The notes under the pieces: model-generated
Database searches by the model: none
Told to the model about the DNA's origin: nothing
What the model saw: only the letters and a program-made list of their open reading frames with translations
Shown here: piece by piece, positions 19,614 to 30,155 of the stretch
Layout: every line of letters begins with the position of its first letter
Position numbering within the stretch: the first letter of the stretch is position 1
Assembly: GCA_024654625.1 (NCBI GenBank)
Contig: JANLHB010000039.1
Location: 1 to 53,835, forward strand
Origin: Patescibacteria group bacterium
Lineage (GTDB): Bacteria; Patescibacteriota; Minisyncoccia; GCA-002772825
DNA: 53,835 bases
Direction of reading: 5' to 3'
Position numbers and translations under genes: made by a program

Positions 19614-20196
19614 TAATTCCTTGTCTGGTAAGTTCAGACGTGCACGAATGGCGTAACGACTGGGGAACTGTCTCGGAGATATGCCCGGTGAAAATGCAAT
19701 GGGGGTGAAGATGCCCTCTACCTGCAGTTAGACGAAAAGACCCCGGAAGCTTTACTATATCTTGATATTGAATTTAGATTTTGGATGCGTAGCATAGGTG
19801 GGAGGCTTTGAAGTTGTCCTTTTGGGGACAATGGAGCCGTCAGTGAAATACCACTCTTTCTTGATCTAAATTCTAACCTGTACGGCAAAAACGTACGGAA
19901 ACAGTATCTGGTGGGTAGTTTAAGTGGGGCGCTTGCCTCCTAAAGAGTAACGGAGGCGCTTATTAAGGTTAGCTAGGCGCGGATGGAAATCGTGCCGATA
20001 GTGTAATGGCAAAAGCTAGCTTGACTGCGAGCGGGACATCGCAAGCAGAGTGGAAACACGAACATAGTGAACCGACCATCCGCATTAGATGCGGTGGGAG
20101 ATTAACGGATAAAAGCTACTCCGGGGATAACAGGCTAGTTCCGCCCAAGAGTTCATATCGACGGCGGAGTTCGGCACCTCGATGTCGGCTCAACTT

Positions 20197-20245
<49 letters not shown>

Positions 20246-20272
20246 AAGTTACGCGAGCTGGGTTCAAACCGT

Positions 20273-20764
20273 CCAGATGCTAAAATCTATTTTTTGGCTT
20301 TTGAGCGGTTTGAATCAAGTTCACGACATTGAGAAGTAGTGTTATAAATTTTTTCGTTTATGAAAAAAGATAGAATCAATCAAATCACGGCGGCCTCTTT
20401 TTAGTAATAATTTGAGGACCAGTCAACTTATATCGGTGAAACCTCTTTCATAAAGAGGCAATACCGAGGGAAGTATTATTGTAGGTTTTGTAAGGGGAGA
20501 CGATGTAGCTTAAAAATCAGAATTTTGCTACGTGATTCGAACACGAGCACTTTCTGATACGGTAAAGCACCGATTGAAAACCGGAAGAATGTGGCAGCCA
20601 CCACCTTCGTCACCCCAGAAAAAATAAGGTCAATCAAAATTGATTGACCCCCTTACAAAACCTATAATAAGTACACCCGTAGAGACTAAATGTTGACTAT
20701 CCAAATTTGATAAAAATTTGGATAAAGTTATAGTCCAATGCATTTGGCGACAAATGATATCATG
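20273..20764 (+). mobile_element. ORF-less group I-type intron in the 23S rRNA peptidyl-transferase region (E. coli position ~2593)
   Basis: 492-nt insertion between ...AACCGU and CGUGAGACAG; the 5' exon ends in U and the insert ends in G, as for group I splice sites. Confidence 0.55.
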
Positions 20765-20818
20765 CGTGAGACAGGTTGGTCTCCTATCTACTGCAGGCGT
20801 TTTGATTCTTGAAGAGAT

Positions 20819-20849
<31 letters not shown>

Positions 20850-21090
20850 TAACCTCTGGTGTACCAGCTGTCCTGCCAAGGGCACTGCTGGGTAGCTATG
20901 TTGGGAAAGGATAACCTCTGAAAGCATCTAAGAGGGAAGCCAACTCTAAGATTAAGAATCTTTAAGACTCCTGAGAGATGATCAGGTTGATAGGCTCTAA
21001 GTGTAAGCGCAGTAATGCGTTTAGCTGAGGAGTACTAATAGTTGTTTTCCTACTAGGAAATTTGTAAATTTATATATATTAAAAAAGAAC

Positions 21091-21212
21091 GCAGAATGTT
21101 GGTGGTTTAACAGGGAGGGTACACCCGATCCCATTCCGAACTCGGAAGTTAAGCTCCCTAGTGGCGATGATACTCCTTATGGGGGAAAGTAGCTGACCGC
21201 CAACATTCTGCG
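21091..21212 (+). rRNA. rrf: 5S rRNA with extended terminal stem
   Basis: Conserved 5S core (cccgatcccattccgaactcggaagttaagc), flanking cgcagaatg/cattctgcg stem, T-run after. Confidence 0.85.
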
Positions 21213-21247
21213 TTTTTTTTGCGCTTATTTTATGTTAATATAGCTTT

Positions 21248-22009
21248 ATGAGTTGGGCTTCGCAAAGACAATTGATTTATCTATTTATTGCAGTTTTATT
21301 ATTTATTGTCATTGCCATAGGCGGTTTCTTTTATTTCAAACCGCAAGTGAATTGTTTTGATGGCAAGAAAAATCAAAATGAAGAAAACATAGATTGCGGA
21401 GGAGTGTGTGGCTCGTGCCTAGGCGATATTAAAGAAATTATCACGCTCTGGAGCAATGTTTTCCCTTTGGGCAACGGTGTATATGAGGTCGCTTCGCTTA
21501 TAAGGAATCCGAATTTTTTTGCGGGTTTACCTGAATTGAAATATACGTTTAAGCTCTATGATGATAATAATATCCTTATTGCCATAAGAGAAGGCAAAAC
21601 TTTTATGAATCCAAATGAAGATTATCTAATCTTTGAAACAGGTATTACTGTAGGTGAAAGGATTCCAAAGCGTGTTTTTATAGAATTTAACAATCTAAAT
21701 TGGAAAAGGATTGAAGAGGAAAGAGTGAAGGTTGCAGTTTCAGAAAAAAGTTTTAATAATTCAATTTTTCCGATACTTGAAGCAAGGATTACGAATAAAA
21801 CATTTTTACCTATTGATGATATTGAGGCGGTAGCCATTCTTTTTGATACGGAAGATAATGCTATCGGCGCGAGTGTCACGAGGATAAGCGCTCTTTCTCC
21901 AGAATCTTCACAGAGAATAACTTTTACTTGGCCGCATCAGTTTAGTATTGAACCGGCAAGCAATAAGATTTTGATACGAAGCAATTTAACCAATGAAGGC
22001 GATATATAA
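21248..22009 (+). CDS. Hypothetical membrane-anchored protein (N-terminal TM, Cys-rich segment)
   Basis: ORF with leaderless-type promoter; stop overlaps the SEDS gene. Confidence 0.5.
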   Translation: MSWASQRQLIYLFIAVLLFIVIAIGGFFYFKPQVNCFDGKKNQNEENIDCGGVCGSCLGDIKEIITLWSNVFPLGNGVYEVASLIRNPNFFAGLPELKYTFKLYDDNNILIAIREGKTFMNPNEDYLIFETGITVGERIPKRVFIEFNNLNWKRIEEERVKVAVSEKSFNNSIFPILEARITNKTFLPIDDIEAVAILFDTEDNAIGASVTRISALSPESSQRITFTWPHQFSIEPASNKILIRSNLTNEGDI

Positions 22010-23120
22010 AAATCATATAGATTGGATTTTATTTCTCGCTATACTGCCTATTTTAGGCGTTGGTCTTGTCACTATGAAGAGTTTTGGCGGAGCTGAAAGC
22101 GACTATTTCTTTACTAGGCAACTTATCTGGATATGTGTAAGTTTTATAGTATTTTTTACTTTTAGTTTCGTGGATTGGCGTTTCTTGAGAAATGGGAAAT
22201 TATTAGCTATTTTTTTTGCTATCTCTTGCTTTGTTCTTGCTGTTTTGTTAATTTTTGCCGCCGCTGTGAAGGGAGCATCAAGTTGGATTAATTTAGGCCT
22301 TTTCTCGGTGGAACCGTCTGACCCTATGAAGCTGCTCCTTATTATGATTTTGGCCAAATATTTTTCTCGTCGCCATATTGAGATTGCAAATATTAAACAT
22401 ATTATTATATCTGGTATTTACGCTTTTGTTCCGTTTGTTCTGATTCTTTTTCAGCCGGATTTTGGTTCGGCAATTATAATTTTCTTTATTTGGCTAGGGA
22501 TGATTCTTGCTTCCGGGGTTTCAAAAAAACATCTTTTTTTGGTTTTTTTTACCGCTACTATTACTTTTGCCACTTTTTGGATGTTTATTTTTGCTCCTTA
22601 TCAGAAGGCGAGGATAAAGTCATTTATAGATCCGTTGGCCGATATCCAAGGGTCAGGATATAATGCTTATCAGTCTATGATTGCCGTCGGTTCCGGGCAG
22701 TTGTTTGGCAAGGGAATTGGCTTTGGCACGCAGAGCCGATTGTCATTTTTGCCTGAGCATCAGACGGATTTTATTTTTGCCGCCTTTGCTGAAGAATGGG
22801 GTTTTATAGGGGTGACTATTTTGTTCTTATTTTTTGGAATTGCCGTATGGAGAATTTTAAAGAATGCCATGCTTGGCGCCTCTAATTTTGAGAGTCTTTT
22901 TGGAATTGGTTTTGCTATATTTTTAATAAGCCATTTTGTTGTTCATATAGGTATGAACATAGGTCTTTTGCCTATAACCGGCACCACTATCCCTTTTTTA
23001 AGTTATGGCGGGTCGCATATGTTTACTGTATTTGCCGGTCTTGGCGTTCTTATGGGGATGAGGCGTTATGGCCGGGTCACCCACCATGAGGATACGTATA
23101 GAGAGTTTTTAGGGCTATGA
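21993..23120 (+). CDS. SEDS-family peptidoglycan glycosyltransferase (FtsW/RodA)
   Basis: 10-TM profile, conserved PDFGSA and EHQTDFIFA..EEWGF motifs. Confidence 0.85.
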   Translation: MKAIYKNHIDWILFLAILPILGVGLVTMKSFGGAESDYFFTRQLIWICVSFIVFFTFSFVDWRFLRNGKLLAIFFAISCFVLAVLLIFAAAVKGASSWINLGLFSVEPSDPMKLLLIMILAKYFSRRHIEIANIKHIIISGIYAFVPFVLILFQPDFGSAIIIFFIWLGMILASGVSKKHLFLVFFTATITFATFWMFIFAPYQKARIKSFIDPLADIQGSGYNAYQSMIAVGSGQLFGKGIGFGTQSRLSFLPEHQTDFIFAAFAEEWGFIGVTILFLFFGIAVWRILKNAMLGASNFESLFGIGFAIFLISHFVVHIGMNIGLLPITGTTIPFLSYGGSHMFTVFAGLGVLMGMRRYGRVTHHEDTYREFLGL

Positions 23121-23225
23121 TTTTTTAAGTGCTGAAGGTGTTATACATCAAGAAGTTGTGTTTAATTGAACGGATTGTGGATAACTATATTTTAATTTTA
23201 TATTTTAATATATAATTAAAATATT

Positions 23226-26200
23226 ATGGATTCGTCTTTTACTTTTTTGAAAAAGGTTAGACAATTTGTCAGACATACAATAGATGCGAATGAAATGAGA
23301 AAGTTGGCTTTTTTAATAAGTGCCGGCTTTTTTATTTCATTAGCCTTATTTGTCCAGGGTGTAAATGCGGATATAACGACGAGTTTATTAGGTTATTGGA
23401 AATTTGATGAGACGACAGGGGTAACTGCTGTTGATAATAGTGGCGGCGGGAATACGGGGACATTATTAAATTCTCCGGTATGGACGACCGGCAAGGTGTC
23501 GGGAGGGCTTTCTTTTGATGGAGTGGACGATGCTGTTCAAATAGCTGATGGAGGCGCCTTCAATTTTGGATCCGGTGATTTTACTGTGTCAGCATGGTTT
23601 AAGACGTCATCAATCCAAACTAAAAATATCATTTCAAAATACATTGGTTCAGGCAGATACGCATTCAATCTCCAGGTTGGCGGCAGCGGTTTGATATCAT
23701 TTATGTCGTCAGACGGAGCTTCAAAACAAATAGGGGCGGCGGATACTCCTTATGAGGACGGAGCTTGGCATCATATTGTCGGCGTTAAGGACTCTGCTCA
23801 ATTGACTTTATATATTGATAATGTACTTAAAGGCAGTACCCCTTTTGGCGGCACCGTTGAAAATTCTAATTATAAAACATATATAGGGGCCAGAGGTTAC
23901 AATAATTTACCGCAGGATAATTATTTCCCCGGATTATTGGATGATGTTCGCATATATAATCGCGCTTTGACTCAATCAGATGTGGCGACGTTGTATGACT
24001 TCGGCGGTTATCAATGCAATGACGATACGGACAATGATTTAGACGGGTTAACGGATTATCCAGATGATTTAGGATGTTCATCTTACCAAGACGATAATGA
24101 AGTTAATTCAGTGTCGCCATCGGGCGACACTACCCCTCCTGTAATCTCAAGTATTCAAGCTGTAAACATTTTTCCAACAACGGCAGATATAACATTCACA
24201 ACCGATGACTTGGCTCATACTGAAATAAATTACGCCGCAGATTCATATTACACATCAAATTCAACTTACAACAATACAGATGTAGATTGGAATAAAGTAA
24301 CGGCGCATTCCATGACTTTAACAGGCCTTACTCCAAATACCGTTTACCATTATCAAATAAAATCTCAGAATAATTCCTCTTTAACCACTACCACATATAC
24401 GGATTATATATTTACAACTTTATCAGATAACACAGCGTCGCCGGTTATACCAGCCGACCCTTCAAAACAGACAGTTGCGCCAGGTACGCCCCTGCCTATT
24501 ATTCCGGGAGGAAAAGGTTTTGGGATAAACACTTATGCCGGAAGCGGCAGGAATCTTGCTGTCCCAAGTACTTCTGTCTATAAAGTGACAACTCTTAATC
24601 CTTCCGGCGCAGGATCACTGAAGGAGTGTGTGGATGCGACAGGGCCAAGGGTGTGCGTTTTTGAAATATCGGGAGTGATAGACATCTCAAGCCTCGGGGC
24701 GTGGGGGTTAAGAGTTAAAAATCCATATATAACGATAGCGGGGCAGACTGCGCCGTCGCCGGGAATAATGCTAAGAGGCGCACCTTTTATAATAGAGACT
24801 CATGATGTTTTAGTTCAGCATATAAGAATAAGGCCAGGCGATACTTTAGGATCAGGATGTGTTATCGGACCGGATAATTGCGATGCCGTGGCCGTAGTGG
24901 ATTTATATAATGAGAATGATGTCTATAATGTGGTCGTTGATCATGCCTCGCTTAGCTGGTCAATGGATGAGATTTTTTCAACATGGTATCCGAATGTTCG
25001 TGATATTACGTTAAGCAATTCAATTTTAAGCGAAGCCTTGCATAACTCTCTTCATCCAAAAGGACCGCATGGCTATGGGTTGATCGTAGGGATTGATTCA
25101 TCTAATATATCAATACTTGGAAATCTTGTAGCTCACAACTATCAGAGGAATCCTCTTCTTAGTATGGGGTCCGAGACGATTGTTGCTAATAACGTTTTTT
25201 ATAACGCCGGCCTGATGAAGACTCACGCTGATGCAAGATCAGGGCTTAAATCAAGTATCGTCGGCAATGTGTATCTTAAAGGCGCGGATTATTATTCGTC
25301 CGTGGCGCCAATTTACATTTATAATTCAGAATCAAGCGCTTCTGTGTATATTTCGGATAATGACGCGCCAGGGGCCACTTCAGATCCTTGGTCAATAGTG
25401 GCCGTAAAACCATCTGATATAATAAACCATGCTTCTATTCCGCCTGTTTGGGTGCCTAGCCTTAGCGTCCTTCCGAGTAATATTGTGAAAGACAATGTGC
25501 TTTTAAATGTAGGCGCACGTCCAGCAGATAGGGATCCAGTAGATATCCGTATCATAAATGAAGTGAAAAATAATACCGGTAATATCATAAACTGTGTTAA
25601 TTCGGATGGATCTGTTCGTTGCCAGAAAAATGCAGGAGGTTGGCCCGTCCTTCTTAAGAATTATCGCAAGTTGATAATTCCTAATAATCCTAATATGGAT
25701 GATGATGGTGACGGGTACACGAATTTGGAAGAATGGCTTCATTCATATGCTACGCAAGTGGAAGGAGTTTCTGTTTTGTATCAATGTTCAGATGGTATGG
25801 ATAATGATAGCGACGGTTTAACAGATTACCCTAACGATCCGGGTTGCGCTTCTGTTTCAGACAATGATGAATACAATGTTCCCGCCGACATCACGCCACC
25901 CGTTATCTCAAACATCTCTGCTTCAGTCACCGCCAACTCTGCCAATATCACTTACGCTACCAATGAACCGGGAGACACCCAGATAGACTACGGTCTCTCC
26001 ACTTCCTATGGTACCGCCACTAATTTAAACACCACCTCTGTTACTTCTCACAGCCAGACTCTAAACAATCTCTCGCCTTCCACCCTCTATCACTACCGAG
26101 TCAAATCCAAAGATACTTCAGGTAATACGTCCATTTCAACCGATAGAATTTTCACTACCGGAGGAATTACTGATGTTACGCCACCTTCAGCCCCAACCAA

Positions 26201-27488
26201 TCTCTCCACCTCTTTCGTCAATCATACTTCTATCACTCTAAACTGGACATCGCCCGGAGACGATGGCTCAGTCGGCACCGCTTTATCATATGACTTAAGA
26301 TACTCTACCTCGCCAATTACTGAATCATCCACGCCAGGCGGGACAAGCTGGTCATCCGCCACCCAAGCAGTAGGCGAACCAACTCCAAAGATTGCCGGCT
26401 CACCAGAGTTCTACACCTCAACCGGTCTAACCGCTTCCACCACCTACTATTTTGCCGTCAAAGCCATAGACGATGCTGGCAACACTTCCATTGTCTCTAA
26501 CATCGCTACAGACACTACTCATTCCTTAACTCTTTCCGTTAATCTTTCGGCTAATAATGTCACCGATCCTTCTTCCGGCAATACTACAGACAGCGGTAAT
26601 ACTTCAACCAGTGGCGGCGGCGGAGGTTCTGTTACTGTATCTTCCGGCGGCGGCGGCGGCGGAGGTGGTGGCGGTAACTATTACGACACCACTCCGCCGG
26701 AAGTTCCTAAGAGTTTCACTTCTCAATCAGCCGAAAATCAGGCCACTCTCGCATGGCAGAACCCACCAGATACAGACTTTGTCCGTGTTGCCATCGTTCG
26801 TTCCACTGCTCCGATTCCAAATCTTTCCACTTTCACTCAAGCTAAGTCACAAGGCACAGTCATCTACGAAGGCACAGATAATGAATACACAGATACCAAT
26901 CTTTTAAACAACACTCCTTACTATTACGCTATCTATTCTTACGACAAGAAGCCAAATTATTCTAATCCGTTCATCCTTCAAGCTGTTCCAAAACAAGGCC
27001 AGACTTCCATAACTGCTCAAACAACTCCTGCCACAATATCTGCCGCTCAATCATCAATTGCCCTTCCAACCCTTACCGGTCCATTTGCATTAGGTTATGA
27101 AAACGATCAAGTCAAACTCCTCCAACAATACTTAGCCAATCCGCCAGCTGGTGGAAAAGATATATATCCGGAAGGGATAACCTCAGGTTATTATGGCGCA
27201 TTAACTCAAAGAGCGGTGGAACGCTTTCAATGCAAATACCAAAACATCTGCTCAGGTTCTCCTTCCTCAACAGGCTATGGCCTAGCAGGCCCAAGCACAA
27301 GATTAAAGATTATGGCAATCCATGGTTCAACTGTTACATCAAGTGGTGGAACTGTGGCTTCAGCTTCCGAAGACGCTTTGAAAGCTCAACTAATGAAACA
27401 AATTGAAGAACTCCAAGCTATCTTACAACAACTCTTGGAACAGTTAGTTCAAGCGTTGGCGCTTCAGTTGGAGGGACTTACTCAGTAG
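23226..27488 (+). CDS. Large secreted multi-domain surface protein
   Basis: Signal or TM at N-terminus; LamG/ConA-like domain; two Cys-DNDxDGLTDYP modules; several fibronectin type III domains; pectate-lyase-like beta-helix; Gly-rich linker; C-terminal peptidoglycan-binding-like domain and coiled coil. Confidence 0.8.
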   Translation: MDSSFTFLKKVRQFVRHTIDANEMRKLAFLISAGFFISLALFVQGVNADITTSLLGYWKFDETTGVTAVDNSGGGNTGTLLNSPVWTTGKVSGGLSFDGVDDAVQIADGGAFNFGSGDFTVSAWFKTSSIQTKNIISKYIGSGRYAFNLQVGGSGLISFMSSDGASKQIGAADTPYEDGAWHHIVGVKDSAQLTLYIDNVLKGSTPFGGTVENSNYKTYIGARGYNNLPQDNYFPGLLDDVRIYNRALTQSDVATLYDFGGYQCNDDTDNDLDGLTDYPDDLGCSSYQDDNEVNSVSPSGDTTPPVISSIQAVNIFPTTADITFTTDDLAHTEINYAADSYYTSNSTYNNTDVDWNKVTAHSMTLTGLTPNTVYHYQIKSQNNSSLTTTTYTDYIFTTLSDNTASPVIPADPSKQTVAPGTPLPIIPGGKGFGINTYAGSGRNLAVPSTSVYKVTTLNPSGAGSLKECVDATGPRVCVFEISGVIDISSLGAWGLRVKNPYITIAGQTAPSPGIMLRGAPFIIETHDVLVQHIRIRPGDTLGSGCVIGPDNCDAVAVVDLYNENDVYNVVVDHASLSWSMDEIFSTWYPNVRDITLSNSILSEALHNSLHPKGPHGYGLIVGIDSSNISILGNLVAHNYQRNPLLSMGSETIVANNVFYNAGLMKTHADARSGLKSSIVGNVYLKGADYYSSVAPIYIYNSESSASVYISDNDAPGATSDPWSIVAVKPSDIINHASIPPVWVPSLSVLPSNIVKDNVLLNVGARPADRDPVDIRIINEVKNNTGNIINCVNSDGSVRCQKNAGGWPVLLKNYRKLIIPNNPNMDDDGDGYTNLEEWLHSYATQVEGVSVLYQCSDGMDNDSDGLTDYPNDPGCASVSDNDEYNVPADITPPVISNISASVTANSANITYATNEPGDTQIDYGLSTSYGTATNLNTTSVTSHSQTLNNLSPSTLYHYRVKSKDTSGNTSISTDRIFTTGGITDVTPPSAPTNLSTSFVNHTSITLNWTSPGDDGSVGTALSYDLRYSTSPITESSTPGGTSWSSATQAVGEPTPKIAGSPEFYTSTGLTASTTYYFAVKAIDDAGNTSIVSNIATDTTHSLTLSVNLSANNVTDPSSGNTTDSGNTSTSGGGGGSVTVSSGGGGGGGGGGNYYDTTPPEVPKSFTSQSAENQATLAWQNPPDTDFVRVAIVRSTAPIPNLSTFTQAKSQGTVIYEGTDNEYTDTNLLNNTPYYYAIYSYDKKPNYSNPFILQAVPKQGQTSITAQTTPATISAAQSSIALPTLTGPFALGYENDQVKLLQQYLANPPAGGKDIYPEGITSGYYGALTQRAVERFQCKYQNICSGSPSSTGYGLAGPSTRLKIMAIHGSTVTSSGGTVASASEDALKAQLMKQIEELQAILQQLLEQLVQALALQLEGLTQ

Positions 27489-27576
27489 AAGAAAAGCGCA
27501 GGATAATTAACTCTACGAACTCATGGGGATGGAGCTTGTTTTGTGCGAACTTGTCTGATAATCTTAAAATATCTTT

Positions 27577-28776
27577 ATGGATAAAAAGATTTTAAATCTG
27601 ATAAAAAAAGAAAAAGCGCGTCAAAAGCGAGTTATAAATTTAATAGCTTCTGAAAATTATGTATCAGAAGATGTTTTAAACGCGCTGGAGTCAGTCTTTG
27701 TGAATAAATATGCTGAAGGGTACCCTGATAAGAGATATTATGGTGGGAATAAAATTGTTGATGAAGTTGAAGCTCTTGCGATAAAAAGAGCTTTAAAATT
27801 ATTTGGACTTGGAGACCTCGCCTCCAAGTGGGGTGTAAACGTCCAAGCTTATTCCGGCAGTCCGGCTAACTTTGCGGTTTACTTCGCGCTTGTCCCTTTG
27901 GGCAACCTGCCTGCCGGCAGGCAAGGTAAGATAATGGGAATGGAACTTTCTTCTGGTGGACATTTGACTCATGGGCACAAGGCATCGTTTACCGGTAAAT
28001 TCTGGAAGCAAGTTCCTTATACCGTAGATAAGAAAACAGAGAGACTGGACTATGACGAGCTTTTAAAGATTGCCAAGAGAGAGAAGCCCGATATTATCGT
28101 GTGCGGTTTTACCGCTTATTCGCGTAAAATTGATTTTAAAAAATTTAGAGAAATCGCGGATTCTTGCGGAGCATATCTTCTGGTGGATATGTCGCATATT
28201 GCCGGGCTTGTGGCAGGAGGTGTTCATCCGTCACCTTTTAAATATGCTGATGTGGTGACAACTACTACTCATAAAACTTTGCGAGGTCCGAGATCGGCAA
28301 TAATTTTCTCACGTAAAAAATTATCGGATAAAATTGATAAGGCGATTTTCCCGGGGCTTCAGGGTGGACCGCATGTGAATCAGATTGCATCTGTAGCTGT
28401 CTGTCTTAAGGAAGCCGATTCTCCAGTTTTTAAGAAATATGCCAAGCAGACTCTGAAGAATGCAAAAGTGCTTGCCGATGAATTAAAGAAAAAAGGTTTT
28501 AGAATTATCTCAGGCGGTACGGATAATCATCTTTTGCTTGTTGATGTGTGGAGGGATGGTAAGGGGATAAGCGGAGTGGAGGCCAGCGATAGACTGGAGA
28601 AAGAAGGAATTATAGTGAATAAAAATACTATCCCTTTTGACACTCGGTCACCCGCTAACCCGTCAGGGATTCGCCTAGGGACTGCGGCTGAAACCACTCG
28701 CGGGGCGAAAGAGGGTGATATGAAAAAAATTGCGGAAAAAATCGCCCGTATCTTATCTGTTGACAAAAAGCGATAA
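27577..28776 (+). CDS. glyA: Serine hydroxymethyltransferase
   Basis: PLP-lysine region TTTTHKTLRGPR, HLTHGH..; full length; contains a 7-aa in-frame palindrome-encoded insertion (NLPAGRQ). Confidence 0.95.
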   Translation: MDKKILNLIKKEKARQKRVINLIASENYVSEDVLNALESVFVNKYAEGYPDKRYYGGNKIVDEVEALAIKRALKLFGLGDLASKWGVNVQAYSGSPANFAVYFALVPLGNLPAGRQGKIMGMELSSGGHLTHGHKASFTGKFWKQVPYTVDKKTERLDYDELLKIAKREKPDIIVCGFTAYSRKIDFKKFREIADSCGAYLLVDMSHIAGLVAGGVHPSPFKYADVVTTTTHKTLRGPRSAIIFSRKKLSDKIDKAIFPGLQGGPHVNQIASVAVCLKEADSPVFKKYAKQTLKNAKVLADELKKKGFRIISGGTDNHLLLVDVWRDGKGISGVEASDRLEKEGIIVNKNTIPFDTRSPANPSGIRLGTAAETTRGAKEGDMKKIAEKIARILSVDKKR

Positions 28777-28843
28777 ATAAAACATTCTTTCCTTAGTAAA
28801 TAAGACAGCAACTTAACATAAACTTTAGAAAAGGAGGTTTGCG

Positions 28844-29050
28844 GTGTGGTGGATAAAATGGCCCAAAAGAGAAGAAGCATCATTATACAAGAAACATGTA
28901 CTTTATAATGACAAAATATGGAGCATAGAAGAAGAGGGAAGAGGTTGGCTTGTTATCTCAGATGGGGTGAGGAAATTATTTTGCGACAAGAAAGATACGG
29001 ATTATTTTGATTACAAAAAGGAGGATATTGAGTCTTTGGCGGGCTGGTAG
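28844..29050 (+). CDS. Small hypothetical protein (GTG start with AAGGAGG 5 nt upstream)
   Basis: 68-aa ORF between glyA and folD followed by a strong terminator; no domain recognised. Confidence 0.35.
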   Translation: MWWIKWPKREEASLYKKHVLYNDKIWSIEEEGRGWLVISDGVRKLFCDKKDTDYFDYKKEDIESLAGW

Positions 29051-29060
29051 TCTTACGCTC

Positions 29061-29100
29061 TTTAATGTAAAGACCCGCGATTTTACGCGGGTCTTTTTTA
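29061..29100 (+). terminator. Rho-independent terminator
   Basis: aagacccgcgattttacgcgggtcttttttatttt. Confidence 0.8.
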
Positions 29101-29129
29101 TTTTAGTTAAATAGGATAAACTGAGGTTT

Positions 29130-29963
29130 ATGATAATTGACGGGAAAAAAATAGCGGAAGATATAAAGCAAAATCTTAAAGATGAAATTAAATCAACTGA
29201 CAAACAGCTCAGACTTGCGATTATTCAGGTTGGTGAGGATATGGCCTCTTCTAAGTTTGTGGAAAAGAAAGAAAAGTTTGCCGAAGAGATCGGAGTAAAG
29301 ACAAAAGTTTATAAATTGCGAGGAGATATTTCTACAAGCAAATTACGTAAAAAAATATCGGAGATTACCCATCCGCCATTCGGTGGTAAGAAAAGTTCCG
29401 GGGTCATAGTTCAGCTTCCTTTGCCAAGCCATATAAATACGCAATATATCTTAAATTCTATTCCACTGCAAAAAGATGTGGATGTTTTGTCATCAAGGGC
29501 GATAGGGGAATTTGTATCAGGTAAATCAAGTGTTTTGCCACCAGTAGTAGGCGCAATAAAAGAAATCTTTTTATTTGGCGGTTCAACCGCCAAATTGGCG
29601 GACAAAAATGTTGTTGTAGTTGGCGCCGGTCTTTTGGTGGGTAAGCCTGCGGCTAATTGGCTCATAAATGAAGGCGCGACTGTTTCAGTGTTGAATAAAG
29701 ATACTTTGGATATTTCTAAATTCACTAAAGAGGCTGATATAATCATATCTGGCGCTGGGAGTCCTGGGCTGATCAAACCTGAGATGATTAAAGACGGGGT
29801 TGTGTTGATAGATGCCGGCACTTCAGAACAAGCAGGTAAACTGGTCGGCGATATAGACCCTGCGTGTAGGGATAAAGCTTCACTCTTTACTCCAGTGCCT
29901 GGAGGGGTAGGGCCTATCACTGTGGCGATGGTGTTTAAAAATTTAGTAGAATTAAATAAGTAG
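29130..29963 (+). CDS. folD: Bifunctional methylenetetrahydrofolate dehydrogenase/cyclohydrolase
   Basis: Conserved FolD motifs (VQLPLP, NAD-binding VVGAG..VG.P, PVPGGVGPITVAM). Confidence 0.9.
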   Translation: MIIDGKKIAEDIKQNLKDEIKSTDKQLRLAIIQVGEDMASSKFVEKKEKFAEEIGVKTKVYKLRGDISTSKLRKKISEITHPPFGGKKSSGVIVQLPLPSHINTQYILNSIPLQKDVDVLSSRAIGEFVSGKSSVLPPVVGAIKEIFLFGGSTAKLADKNVVVVGAGLLVGKPAANWLINEGATVSVLNKDTLDISKFTKEADIIISGAGSPGLIKPEMIKDGVVLIDAGTSEQAGKLVGDIDPACRDKASLFTPVPGGVGPITVAMVFKNLVELNK

Positions 29964-30155
29964 AAAAGTAATATCATTCAAATTTACAATATTTTTTATC
30001 CGTCCTCGTCTTAAATAAATAATATTCGCTATATTTCGTTAAAATTTCTCCTTGCAAGCAGGAAACCATAAATTTTATACTCAATCGCTCATTTATTTAT
30101 AATTAATCCTCGAAAGGATAAAAAATATTGTAAATTTGATATATAATAAAATAGC

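Noticed and set aside
26620-26690. GGC/GGT trinucleotide tract (ggcggcggcggaggtggtggcgg)
   Set aside because: It encodes an in-frame poly-Gly linker of the 1420-aa surface protein and is not a non-coding microsatellite. It could still be a slippage-prone site, but there is no evidence of a frameshift.
28832-28838. AAGGAGG upstream of the 28844 GTG ORF and GGAGG upstream of the 33159 GTG ORF as evidence that SD is used natively
   Set aside because: Only two small unvalidated ORFs show this while more than 30 confident genes lack SD and the 16S lacks anti-SD. Kept as a caveat, not as evidence against the leaderless conclusion.
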